Positions 15,401 through 30,400 of a DNA stretch of 64,000 bases are shown here, in pieces (position 1 is the first letter of the stretch; each line of letters opens with the position of its first letter). Under the pieces are notes generated by a model. It had not been told where the DNA came from, made no database searches, and saw only the letters and a program-made list of their open reading frames with translations. Location of the stretch: assembly GCF_036588685.1 (NCBI RefSeq), contig NC_086386.1, positions 20,274,001 through 20,338,000 on the forward strand, read 5' to 3'. This DNA is from Mytilus trossulus. Its lineage: Eukaryota. The position numbers and the translations under genes are program-made.

Positions 15401-18400
15401 TAAGTCCTTGGTAAGTATATTAAGTTCATAAGATTGTCACATTACATCAACAACAGGAATAAGTCCTTGGTTAGTATATAAAGGTCATAAGATTGTCACA
15501 TTACATTAACAACAGAAATAAGTCCTTGGTAAGTATATAAAGGTCATAAGATCGTCACATTACATCAACAACAGAAATAAGTCCTTGGTAAGTATATAAA
15601 GGTCATAAGATTGTCACATTACATCGACAACAGAAATAAGTCCTTGGTAAGTATCTAAAGGTCATAAGATTGTCACATTACATCAACAACAGAAATAAGT
15701 CCTTGGTAAGTATATAAAGGTCATAAGATCGTCACATTACATCAACAACAGAAATAAGTCCTTGGTAAGTATATAAAGGTCATAAGATTGTCACATTACA
15801 TCAACAACAGAAATAAGTCCTTGGTAAGTATATAAAGGTCATAAGATTGTCACATTACATCAACAACAGGAATAAGTCCTTGGTTAGTATATAAAGGTCA
15901 TAAGATTGTCACATTACATCAACAACAGAAATAAGTCCTTGGTAAGTATATAAAGGTCATAAGATTGTCACATTACATCAACAACAGAAATAAGTTCTTG
16001 GTAAGTATATAAAAGGTCATAAGATTGTCACATTACATCAACAACAGAAATAAGTCCTTGGTAAGTATATAAAGGTCATAAGATCATAACATTACATCAA
16101 CAACAGAAATAATTCCTTGGTAAGTATATAAAGGTCATAAGATTGTCACATTACATTAACAACAGGAATAATGCCTTGGTAAGTATATAAATGGTCATAA
16201 GATCGTCACATTACATCAACAGAAATAAGTCCTTGGTAAGTATATAAAGGTCATAAGATCATAACATTACATCAACACCAGAAATAAGTCCTTGGTAAGT
16301 ATATAAAGGTCATAAGATCATAACATTACATCAACAACAGAAATAAGTTCTTGGTAAGTATATAAAGGTCATAAGATTGTCACATTACATCAACAACAGA
16401 AATAAGTCCTTGGTAAGTATATAAAGGTCATAAGATCGTCACATTACATCAACAACAGAAATAAGTCCTTGGTAAGTATATAAAGGTCATAAGATTGTCA
16501 CATTACATCAACAACAGTATAAGTCCTTGGTTAGTATATAAAGGTCACAAGATTGTCACATTACATCAACAACAGAAATAAGTCCTTGGTAAGTATATAA
16601 AGGTCATAAAATTGTCACATTACATCAACAACAGAAATAAGTCCTTGGTAAGTATATAAAGGTCATAAGATTGTCACATTACATCAACAACAGTATAAGT
16701 CCTTGGTTAGTATATAAAGGTCACAAGATTGTCACATGACATCAACAACAGAAATAAGTCCTTGGTTAGTATATAAAGGTCATAAAATTGTCACATTACA
16801 TCAACAACAGAAATAAGTCCTTGGTAAGTATATAAAGGTCATAAGATCGTCACATTACATCAACAACAGAAATAATTCCTTGGTAAGTATATAAAGGTCA
16901 TAAGATTGTCACATTACATTAACAACAGGAATAATGCCTTGGTAAGTATATAAATGGTCATAAGATCGTCACATTACATCAACAGAAATAAGTCCTTGGT
17001 AAGTATATAAAGGTTATAAGATCATAACATTACATCAACACCAGAAATAAGTCCTTGGTAAGTATATAAAGGTCATAAGATCATAACATTACATCAACAA
17101 CAGAAATAAGTTCTTGGTAAGTATATAAAGGTCATAAGATTGTCACATTACATCAACAACAGAAATAAGTCCTTGGTAAGTATATAAAGGTCATAAGATC
17201 GTCACATTACATCAACAACAGAAATAAGTCCTTGGTAAGTATATAAAGGTCATAAGATAGTCTAATGACATCAACAACAGAAATAAGTCCTTGGTAAGTA
17301 TATAAAGGTCATAAGATCGTCACATTACATCTACAACAGAAATAAGTCCTTGGTAAGTATATAAAGGTCATAAGATTGTCACTTTACATCAACAACAGAA
17401 ATAAGTCCTTGGTAAGTATATAAAGGTCATAAGATCGTCACATTACATCAACAACAGAAATAAGTCCTTGGTAAGTATATAAAGGTCATAAGATTGTCAC
17501 ATTACATCAACAACAGAAATAAGTCCTTGGTAAGTATATAAAGGTCATAAGATTGTCACATTACATCAACAACAGGAATAAGTCCTTGGTTAGTATATAA
17601 AGGTCATAAGATTGTCACATTACACCAACAACAGAAATAAGTCCTTGGTAAGTATATAAAGGTCATAAGATCGTCACATTACATCAACAACAGAAATAAG
17701 TCCTTGGTAGGATAAAGGTCATAAGATTGTCACATTACATCAACAACAGAAATAAGTCCTTTGTAAGTATATAAAGGTCATAAGATTGTCACATTACATC
17801 AACAACAGGAATAAGTCCTTGGTTAGTATATAAAGGTCATAAGATTGTCACATTACACCAACAACAGAAATAAGTCCTTGGTAAGTATATAAAGGTCATA
17901 AGATTGTCACATTACATCAACAACAGAAATAAGTCCTTGGTAAGTATATAAAAGGTCATAAGATTGTAACATTACATCTACAACAGAAATAAGTCCTTGG
18001 TAAGTATATAAAGGTCATAAGATCGTCACATTACATCAACAACAGAAATAAGTCCTTGGTAAGTATATAAAGGTCATAAGATTGTCACATTACATCAACA
18101 ACAGAAATAAGTCCTTGGTAAGTATATAAAGGTCATAAGATCGTCACATTACATCAACAACAGAAATAAGTCCTTGGTAAGTATATAAAGGTCATAAGAT
18201 TGTCACATTACATCAACAACAGAAATAAGTCCTTGGTAAGTATATAAAGGTCATAAAATTGTCACATTACATCAACAACAGGAATAAGTCATTGGTTAGT
18301 ATATAAAGGTCATAAGATTGTCACATTACACCAACAACAGAAATAAGTCCTTGGTAGGTATATAAAGGTCATAAGATTGTCACATTACATCAACAACAGA

Positions 18401-21400
18401 AATAAGTCCTTGGTAAGTATATAAAAGGTCATAAGATTGTCACATTACATTAACAACAGGAATAATTCCTTGGTAAGTATATAAATGGTCATAAGATCGT
18501 CACATTACATCAACAGAAATAAGTCCTTGGTAAGTATATAAAGGTCATAAGATCATAACATTACATCAACACCAGAAATAAGTCCTTGGTAAGTATATAA
18601 AGGTCATAAGATCATAACATTACATCAACAACAGAAATAAGTCCTTGGTAAGTAAATAAAGGTCATAAGATTGTCACATTACATTAACAACAGGAATAAT
18701 TCCTTGGTAAGTATATAAATGGTCATAAGATCGTCACATTACATCAACAACAGGAATAATTCCTTGGTAAGTATATAAATGGTCATAAGATCGTCACATT
18801 ACATCAACAACAGATATAAGTCCTTGGTAAGTATATAAAGGTCATAAGATTGTCACATTACATCAACAACAGTATAAGTCCTTGGTTAGTATATAAAGGT
18901 CACAAGATTGTCACATTACATCAACAACAGAAATAAGTCCTTGGTAAGTATATAAAGGTCATAAGATCGTCACATTACATCAACAACAGAAATAAGTCCT
19001 TGGTAAGTATATAAAGGTCATAAAATAGTCACATGACATCAACAACAGAAATAAGTCCTTGGTAAGTATATAAAGGTCATAAGATCGTCACATTACATCT
19101 ACAACAGAAATAAGTCCTTGGTAAGTATATAAAGGTCATAAGATTGTCACATTACATCAACAACAGAAATAAGTCCTTGGTAAGTATATAAAGGTCATAA
19201 GATCGTCACATTATATCAACAACAGAAATAAGTCCTTGGTAAGTATATAAAGGTCATAAGATTGTCACATTACATCAACAACAGAAATAAGTCCTTGGTA
19301 AGTATATAAAGGTCATAAGATTGTCACATTACATCAACAACAGGAATAAGTCCTTGGTTAGTATATAAAGGTCATAAGATTGTCACATTACACCAACAAC
19401 AGAAATAAGTCCTTGGTAAGTATATAAAGGTCATAAGATCGTCACATTACATCAACAACAGAAATAAGTCCTTGGTAAGTATATAAAGGTCATAAGATCG
19501 TCACATTACATCAACAACAGAAATAAGTCCTTGGTAAGTATATAAAGGTCATAAGATTGTCACATTACATCAACAACAGGAATAAGTCCTTGGTTAGTAT
19601 ATAAAGGTCATAAGATTGTCACATTACACCAGCAACAGAAATAAGTCCTTGGTAAGTATATAAAGGTCATAAGATTGTCACATTACATCAACAACAGAAA
19701 TAAGTCCTTGGTAAGTATATAAAAGGTCATAAGATTGTCACATTACATCAACAACAGAAATAAGCCCTTGGTAAGTATATAAAGGTCATAAGATTGTCAC
19801 ATGACATCAACAACAGAAATAAGTCCTTGGTAAGTATATAAAGGTCATAAGATTGTCACATTACATCAACAACAGAAATAAGTCCTTGGTAAGTATATAA
19901 AGGTCATAAGATCACAACATTACATCAACAACAGAAATAATTCCTTGGTAAGTATATAAAGGTCATAAGATTGTCACATTACATTAACAACAGGAATAAT
20001 TCCTTGGTAAGTATATAAATGGTCATAAGATCGTCACATTACATCAACAGAAATAAGTCCTTGGTAAGTATATAAAGGTCATAAGATCATAACATTACAT
20101 CAACACCAGAAATAAGTCCTTGGTAAGTATATAAAGGTCATAAGATCATAACATTACATCAACAACAGAAATAAGTCCTTGGTAAGTATATAAAGGTCAT
20201 AAGATTGTCACATTACATCAACAACAGAAATAAGTCCTTGGTTAGTATATAAAGGTCATAAGATTGTCACATTACATCAACAACAGAAATAAGTCCTTGG
20301 TAAGTATATAAAGGTCATAAGATCATAACATTACATCAACAACAGAAATAAGTCCTTGGTTAGTATATAAAGGTCATAAGATTGTCACATTACATCAACA
20401 ACAGAAATAAGTCCTTGGTTAGTATATAAAGGTCATAAGATTGTCACATTACATCAACAACAGAAATAAGTCCTTGGTAAGTATATAAAGGTCATAAGAT
20501 TGTCACATTACATTAACAACAGGAATAATTCCTTGGTAAGTATATAAATGGTCATAAGATCGTCACAATTCATCAACAACAGAAATAAGTCCTTGGTAAG
20601 TATATAAAGATCATAAGATCGTCAAATTACATCATCAACAGAAATAAGTCCTTGGTAAGTATATAAAAATCAGATGAAACAAAAAGTGGTTCCTTTTCTG
20701 ATATTTGAGTCATTCAGATGGGTCTGATTCTACAGATAGTAGGTACCTGGTGCATTTTTCTGTTTTTGTGGATTAAGGAAAACTTGCATATTCGTTGATA
20801 TCTAATTTCGTGGTTTGCTGAAGACTGCATACAAATCTTTAGAAAATTCAGCATTTGTTGAACATTTAATATCGTGATTAAGCTGTACAAAATCAACAAA
20901 AATTTGTATCTAACGAATAATAATGATTCCGCAGTATTCAAAAATTGGTTGAGTTCATTTCTTTTTTAATTAGTTAAGAGTTGATACGAAACATCTAGGT
21001 GTATTTAAACGTTTCTTTACAGTTGCAATAATGCTTTCTCTGTGATTGATCCATTTTGCAATTAAAAACCCGGTTGTTATGTGTTATACTAAAAGGAATA
21101 TGTTTACCATTTGTGAAAAAGTTGAGGTCTGGCTTTGAACATTGAAAAGATCTTAATATCGGTTTTATCAGGTCAAATTGACACAAGGCATTTAGGTCAC
21201 CACACAATCAGTTCATTCGTGTCGCAATCGGCAAGAAACGCGAGTTTGAAGTTCAATTGATAAGCGTGGTATTTTCGTTGAGTTTTTTTCCCATTAAACA
21301 CGTTAAATCTGTATTCTAATGCAATTTGGATGTAACAATTTTTTTCATTGGCTAAAAGTTGCCGTCAAATCCATAGTTGACCAGGCGTAACTAAGGAGGG

Positions 21401-24400
21401 ACCCGCCATTTTGAATTGATGAATCAACAAATGTTCGATTACTACTATATAAATGAAAATAAAACAACACCTACCTCGAATTCCATGTTTTAATGTAATG
21501 TATCCGAATTTCAAGCGTACAGGTAACGTAATAACCTCCAGTTTGTAAGTTTTCGTTGTATGACGTCACGTTTAGCCATGACGTCTTTGTGCCAAAATCA
21601 TTCATGAAGTTTCGCGGATTTTTTTTTATTTGACAAATTTAGACATTTTTTCAAGTTTTATCGTATTTTTTCTTGTTGTAATGCATTAGAATCGGAATAA
21701 CAGTACTGTAGTTGAAGAGTTGCCACCGTCAATTTTGATTTGACGGTCGCAAATCTCCGTTTTACTGTCTCCGCTACGCGTCGCCAGTAAAACTGCATTT
21801 GCGACCGTCAAATCTGCAATTGACGGTGGCAACTCTTCAACTACAGTACTGTTATTCCTTAATTATTCATTTTAATATTTCAGTTGGAAAGGAGTGTTCA
21901 TAGATTTACAAAGTGGTTTGGATTATTATCTATGGTCCATTGGTTCACAGCCAGGATACACGGATATGATGTCGTACATAAGAACGACAGATGAATGTGG
22001 AATAACAGACAAAAATAGTCCTCTTTCACTTAAAGATGGCCATTCTTATTACATTAATGTCAGAGTAAGAAAATGAAATTTACATTTATCTATTTTTCAT
22101 TTTATTTTTGACATATTCCCCATGTCCATTCTCAATTATTTTATTGATAAAGTAGTTTTAAACAGTTTTCATAATATAAATACGCTATCAAAATACGTTT
22201 ACAAAATGTTGTGCAAACCTGATACATTTTCCCTGAGAGACTCTATGTTTACTGTATAAATCCAAAGTAAAAAAAAATCTTACTTGTCATTTCAGTCAGG
22301 TATTTTGTTCCTCTATGAATGTCCAGCAGTATATTAACAGTTGTAAAAGTCTGTAAAGCAAAAATTAAATACAATTGTTAGGCTGAAAAGAATAAAGTTG
22401 ATATAAACAAGAATTCAGATTCACGTTGAATTTTCTGTTATAAATATCCTTATTTTTCTTAACTGTTATTTATTTAAAAAAAACTAAAAGAGGCCGACAG
22501 ATATGTAACAGTTGTCGTTACTACTATCCCTCCTTTTCGTTTAACGATGTGACATCACTGATTGAGACTTATCAATGTAGTATATCACTATAGACAAAAC
22601 AAATGGTGCCATACGTGGAGAAGAATCTGTAAGTGAGTCATGCCAAAAGTAGTAGAGCTCGTGTCGCTTAGACGTTATATTGTTCTATTTTAATTTTTGC
22701 ACTAATTTTGTTCGTCAATATTTTGTTTGTTTTTCTTGAACCTATGCATTTGAATATATCTCGAGCTTTTGACATCATAAGCATCTCTTTTGTAAAAGAA
22801 AGACTGATTCCTTTGTTTTTAGGCATTCAACAAAGCAGGATTGTCTTCATTGGCCACGTCCTGGGCTTTTGAACTTGACACAACGCCACCTACACCTGGT
22901 CACGTGTATGATGGAGATATGGACCAAGTTACAGGAATTGTAAAAGATATTGACTATCAAACCGAAACCAAAGTTTTACATGCTCACTGGGAAGGATTTC
23001 ATGAATCTCATTCAACTATCAAAGATTATTATGTCTCGATTGGAACCTGTCCACAATGTGAGGATATTTTAGGACATCAAGCCATTGGAATAGCATATGG
23101 TGAGCAAAGTGTACTAAACAGGCCTATTTGTGGCATTTGATTGTTTTTTAAATCTTTGGTTGTGTTGTTGTCTCTTTAACACATTCCTTATTTCCATTCT
23201 CTTTTTTGTTTTATCTGTAAATTGTATACACGTTGTTCTCAAAGGAATTCAATAAACCTTTGAAAATTACAAATATTGTGTTCAAAGATAATACTGGTAC
23301 GATGAATAAAAGGAGTTCATAAGAAAGGTTTATTTAAATTTGTATGGTTTGAACTTGAATTCCCCCCTAGACATACATCTATGATATTGATTATGTTAGA
23401 TCTTATGATAGAGCAGAGAAGACAAAAGTGTTTTTCTTGTGAGTCAATTCTAATACTGAATATTCATAATTTACTTCTTCTTCTGTTTCTTCTTCACATA
23501 TTCAACATGTTCATTTTAAAAATTATTATTATTATTGAAATATCCACATATATTTGTAATATTTTAGGTTTTTTCTAAGGATTTTGACACTACATTGTCA
23601 TACCGAAATTATGATTTCCATTTTAGAATTTACCCTAGAAAATACTCACCTTGGTACAGGACTAAGATATTACACGACTGTAACTGCATGTAACACTGCA
23701 GAAATGTGTACGACTGTGACATCAGATGGTGTAATTATAGACAACAGTCCACCAACACCAGGCACTGTACAAGACGGTACAGGGTATTACGATACAGAAT
23801 ACCAATCAATGAAGTAAGTTTGTTTTGCATTCATTTAGAACAGATGACACGTTGACGAATGTGTTGGTTCAGTTGAAAATGGTATAAAAATGATGATGCA
23901 ATAATAAACAAGAGTTTTAATTAATTATATTAAGATGAATGCGGGTAAACAATAGTCTCATGCCATGCGATCTGTCAAATGAGAGAAAGACAAATCAAAA
24001 TCAATTGATGATAAAAACAGTTCTAAATTACAACATGTATATGCATTCCAAACTTAAATAATGTCTCTGTCATTCAAATTGACCCTTTAGAATATCAACT
24101 TATAATTTTCGGTTTTTCAACTAAGGCATATTTATCGAAAATAAAATGCATCTTAGAATTACGTATGAACCTCATAATTCAAAAAGTAATTATTATTATT
24201 AAAATAATAAAACAATAATAGCTTTTATAAATCTGTCTCTCGATGATATACTATTCCTGGAAATTGATAGCTCATTAAACCTACCGTTTTTCTATCCAAA
24301 TTACGTTTAGCGTTATAGCCAGGTTTAATTACCATTTTCTACATTAGAAAATGCATATACCAAGTCAGGAATATGTTTATTCGTTTGTTGTGTTAAAGCT

Positions 24401-27400
24401 TTTGATTTTGTTATTTGATACGGGACTTTCCTTTTTGAATTTTCTCGGAGCTCGCTATTTTTGTGATTTTATTTTTTACACTTAATAAATATTTTTAAAG
24501 ATTTTGTTCCACTTTATGTAAAAACAGAAATTCAAAAGAAAAAAAAAGAAAACTAGATTTCATAATTTTGTCAACCACACATTGATTATCAACTAAACTA
24601 AAATCAATCGGAAGAAGAAAAGCAAATTCATCTTATAATAAGAGAAACAGTTATTTATTCCTATCTGCATCGTTACAGAAACTACATATCAGCTAAATGG
24701 TATGGATTTGATGATTCCCAGTCAGGTCTGGAGAAGTATGAGTGGAGAGTAGGAACGAAGCCAGGGTATGATGATATTGTACCAACTATAGAGCTTCATT
24801 TGACAGAAACAACAGCATTACTGGACTCATCTAGTTATAATCTTAGTCTTCCTATAAACACACGGATGTATATAACAGTCAGAGCTTATAATAAAGCAGG
24901 TTTGTACTTATTTTGACACAAATGTGTCAGGCAAATTGTATGTGGTCCGCTAGCATTTAGTAGACTTATTTTTTTAAACAGTGGTGTTGATATATATTTT
25001 GAAAGTAGGTTTCAAAGACTTGAAAGAAAATCTGAACAAAAGTGTGATCAACCGGCTGATGTTGTTATGGGTAAGAGTAAAAATACTTTTACATACTATG
25101 ACATGGATGCAGAGTTGTTTCACAAGCACCCATGCCACATCTTCTTGTATCTATGATACGAATGGGTAAATGTGGTACCAGTAGTCATTTGCAATTAGAC
25201 ATCATATATTAAAAGACAAACGCAGTCCATAAATAATACTCAGACCACTAAAAAACTTTAGTTCTAACAAAAACCGGGTTGAATCCGTGTAGGCCTGATG
25301 GCTTAACATGTTCTGTATCTGTTGTTGTTGTTATTGTTGTTGTTGTTGTTGTTTTTGTTTGAATTGTTTTACATCTTGTCATGTCTCGACAATCAAACTG
25401 ACATTATGGACGTTTTCAATAATTATAAAGGACATAGAGTGACCTATATCTGCCAAATAAAGGCAACAAGAGTAAACTGCTGTTCAAAACTCATAAATCC
25501 ATGGACAAAAAAAAATCGGGGTAACAAACAAAAACCGAGGGAAACGCATTAAATATAAGAGGAGAACAACGACACAACACCGAAACGGACCAAGCATCAC
25601 GAAAATACCACGAGAATAACAAACCTACTTCATTCGAACTCTGTTGGAGAGTTGTTTTGTTTTTTAAATCTCTTAATATGTTTCGTTTCTTATAAACTTG
25701 AACACAAATTGATTATAAAGATTGTAATTGTCAGAGAGTTTTTGATACTATTGCGAATGTCCCATGTAGATGATATACATTTTTTACTTGATATGCAGAT
25801 TTGAAACAGTATTACCTGTTTAATTTGCAGGGTTGTGGGCAGAATCATCATCAAGTGGTTTTAGTGTAGATGACACGCCACCTGTCTTATCAAAAGTAAC
25901 GACATTCTCTAACGACTTTGGAATCACTGATTTGACTCAGATATATAGGACAACGATGAAGGTCGAATGGGAAGTTGATGATGCAGAATCGTTTATAAAG
26001 AGACAATACCTGTCAATCAAATCTCACATTGGAGGAGAATTTTTACTTTCTTCACTGCCAGTAAGTAGGCTAAAAGAGCTATACTGTAAAGGTGTGACAA
26101 TAACACTATTGTATGGTTGTCGTCTTTGTGTTTGAAACTAATAAATAAAAAAAACATGGCAGGCTTTAGTTTTCATAATCTGAATGCAGCAACATTATGT
26201 ATTTATATTGAAAGAGGGCCGCAAGGTGACAAAAGGACACAGTCAAACTCATAGATTGAAAATAAACTGACAATGCCATGTACATTTACTATATAAACAT
26301 TTATCATTATATCATCTCTCCTAGGTCAATGGTATTGCCAGGTCCTATGTATTTACTGGTTTAGATCTACATGATGGAGTGACATACTATGTGACATTGA
26401 TTACTTGTAACAGTGCAGATATTTGTATCTCAGATACATCGCAGGGAATATTTATAGATAGCACTCCACCATCAAGAGGTATGTATCTATTGACTATAGA
26501 AAGGGTAGGAACAGTCACTTTTAAGTAATCCAGATACCTGTATATTTGTAGAAAGCACACCATGTTCTAGAGGTTTGTATATATGGACTGAGGGATCTCA
26601 GATACGCCAGAGGGATTTTTTTTATTTTCCATCTACATATGATATGTAGAGGGCATAGAGGGCAGTCCCTCTCTAATAAAGTAGATATTTGTATTTCAGA
26701 TACATCACATAGCATATATGCAGATATTTCCATATGATGGTTTCTAAAAAGGGAGGAGGGAACGTAGATATGCAATTCTTTAACAGTTAAGATGTTATGT
26801 TTCATTCTCAACTACATCGGATGGAAAGTTTAAAGTCACACAGAGATTTGTATACCTACCAACGTGTTTTGCAAGCCATCCAATTTACTAAAAAAAAATC
26901 CAAGCATTTCTTTATATGAATATTCTGTTTATTTCTGTATTTTAGGAATATTTGCTAAAAACCATTAATTGTACCCCAATCTTTCCGATCCAGTGAATCT
27001 TCTGTTTATTTCAGGAATGTTTGCTGTTAGTACTGACCATGCTTCTGATCTAGATCTCTCCAGAAATGAACATGGGTGGATGACCTATGGAAGTAATGCT
27101 GTGTATCTGGCCTGGCTAGGGTTCAGTGATATACATTCACAGATTGATCATTATATGGTCACTGTGGGATCCTCTTACATGGCGAAGAATCTGAATAAGG
27201 TATATTTTAATCTAAAATAAAATAAAAGCTCAAATACATCAAACGAATGGATAACAATTGCCATATTCTTGACTTGTATATTATCAAACTTATGAATTAT
27301 TAATAGTGTTTTGATTTATAGGATCTTGAAACCAAGTATGTCCACGTAGATAGCAACACTGACCATGGTAATGAGGGCAAAGTTCAACTGCATAAAATTG

Positions 27401-30400
27401 ACACTGTTGTATTGACTCAATATGATGAAGTATACATCACCCTGTGGGCTGTTAATAAGGTAAGCTTCAGTATTAGGATGACGTAAAGTATATATTTTGT
27501 CTGTGAATGTTCAGTTGGTGAATTATTTAAATGTAATAAAACTAAGGTTACAACAAGTCATGTGCATATTGATTAAAACCTTTTAAAATACTAAACTATC
27601 AAGAAGTGTTGAACAAAATACACACTTATCATTGGTTGGCAAGTTAGAATAAGAAATGTTCCTGTTTGAAGACATTGTGAAAAATTACGAAATTGCATTT
27701 ATGTATTTTATGTTGGGTTTGATTTTTAATATCGAAAAAAAATCAATTATGAAGATCAGATGTTTTTTCATATTGTTTTTGTTTGATTTGTGCTTATATC
27801 TCAAGAGGTAAACAACAAAAAGCAAACTTTTAATTTTCTCTTTACAGGTTGGTTTAAGAAGTCACATGATTCATTCGGCTTTTAAAAGAACTCCACCGAG
27901 CTACCTGGACTTGGTCAGAAGATGTGATGCAATTTCATGTGAAGGCCATTGTGTTTGTTCTCCACAAGACCAGAAATGTCCATTTAATCCAAGTCTTGGT
28001 AATTGTACTGATGTATCAGATGGTAAGAATGATAAGGCACTTATATCAAATTCGTCAAGAATCAGAATTTTGTAAAAGGTTATTAATGTGTGAGTTCTTT
28101 GAAAATTGTAAATGCATTCCATGAAAACTAAAGATTAAAGTCATTTTTTTGTGCGTTGTCATTTGAAACTATAGCGCACATGAATGTTGAAATAAACATA
28201 TTTTTTTTTATATAGATTAGACCGTTGGTTTTCCCGTTTGAATGGTTTTAAACTAGTAATTTTGGGGCCCTTTATAGCTTGTTGTTCGGTGTGAGCCAAG
28301 GCTTCGTGTTGAAGGCAATACATTGACCTATAATGGTTTACTTTAAAAAAAATGTTATTTGGATGGAGAGTTGTCTCATTGGCACTCACACCACATCGTC
28401 CTATATCTATGTTTGTCCAAATGAACTCATCATAACTACTAGGCTAAAAGAGGGACGAAAGACACCAAAGGGACAGTCAAACTCGTAAATCTAAAACAAA
28501 CTGACATCGCCATGGCTAAAAATGAAAAAGACAAACAGAAAAACAATAGTACACATGACACAACATAGAAAACTAAAGAATAAACAACACGAACCCCACC
28601 AAAAACTGGATTTATTTTGTATTAGATGTTTATCAAAATTTAGAAATACTGGCTGCGAAAAGAGGTAAATACAAGCTGGGAGGCTTAGCGCTACAAAACC
28701 AGGTTCAATCCACCATTTTCTGTATTTGAAAATGCCTGTACCAAGTCAGGAATATGACAGTTGTTGTTCATTCATTTGATGTTTTGATTTGAATTTTCCG
28801 CGGAGTTCAATATTTTTTTGTGATTGGACTTTTTACGTACCTTTTATAAACATTTTAAACATTCATTTAAAAGTAAATTGTTTAAGGTTGAATATATTTG
28901 TGTTTTGTTTGAAAACTTACATCTCCCCTCCTCTTGCTTTTGGTAAATATTTCATCTAGATGGTTTATATACAATAAACTCTTTACCTATCATTCCAAAT
29001 ATCACTGAAATAAGACATAATAAGAATGCATTTATGCTCTCAACCTTTCACATTTTTTCCATATATGGGTAAGGAAAAAGTGCTGCACCATTTACTAATA
29101 CCATTATCTGTAACAGTTTTTGTTCACACTTTCTTGAATTTTGCATGCTGGTATTGATTCAAGTATTTACAAAAAATGTATAACATTTACCGAGACCTTG
29201 TGGCTGGAATGGTTCTTACTCTAAATAGATTGTTATTATATACATTTACGTTTACACTTTAATTTGTGACTATGGCATTAATAATTTGGAAGCCGTTTGA
29301 AACCGTTAACCTATCTAAGATATTAAAGACAATCTACAGAATGAGTAGATATAGAGAAATAAAATTGAAATTGTAAAAGTTGAAACTAGTGATAATGATG
29401 AATAGTCGGGAAGTTGGCAAAAAGAGATAACAAAAATTGTTCACCACTTCCTTAAATAATGGTGCATGGAATTGTGTTATAGCTCATAATGATAATTTTA
29501 TGTTTTCATTTTAGGGCAAAAACAACTAAATATTTACCGTTCTCGAAAACTCTTCTATCATAAGCGAAGTGAAGTATAAATCATCTTTTGTTGAGTATCT
29601 GTAAAACTTGCTAAACTATGGCGAGGTTAATAATTTGGATTTCAAATTGTATTCCACATGTTCCATAGGTCATGAAGGTATGACTTCACTTTATATTTTA
29701 ATAAACAATATTGTAATACGCATACTATAGTGTATATTTATACTATTCGAGTAAAACGAGCACATTGTATTTTTTACAATATATTTTTTGCAGATGTATT
29801 TTCTGGTACACAATACACATTATTGTTAGTAAAGGACACAAATGGTTATACCACTGATGACCAAGCTGTAACAGCTTCTGATAGTGTACTGAGAGCTTCA
29901 TGGATTATATCTCAACAGTTCCCTTCTAAACCATTATGGTAAGTTTGTACAACTCAATGTAACAACATTTGATAGTGTACTGAGATCTTCATGGATTATA
30001 TCTCAACAGTTCCCTTCTAAACCCTTATGGTAAGTTTGTACAACTCAATGTAACAACATTTGATAGTGTACTGAGATCTTCATGGATTATATCTCAACAG
30101 TTCCCCTCTAAACCCTTATGGTAAGTTTGTACAACTCAATGTTACAATATTCGACAGTGTACTGAGAGCTTCATGGATTATATCTCAACAGTTCCCCTCT
30201 AAACCCTTATGGTAAGTTTGTACAACTCAATGTAACAACATTTGATAGTGTACTGAGAGCTTCATGGATTATATCTCAACAGTTCCCCTCTAAACCCTTA
30301 TGGTAAGTTTGTACAACTCAATGTAACAACACCTGATAGTGTACTGAGAGCTTCATGGATTATATCCCAACAGTTCCCCTCTAAACCCTTATGGTAAGTT

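Noticed and set aside
15258-20668. CRISPR-like array
   Set aside because: No unique spacers, no cas genes, eukaryotic intron context; it is a minisatellite.
15293-20668. In-frame cassette exons within the 59-bp units
   Set aside because: AG-to-donor distances are 13, 37 or 45 nt (plus a trivial 6); the 45-nt option has an in-frame TAA and the 13- and 37-nt ones shift frame.
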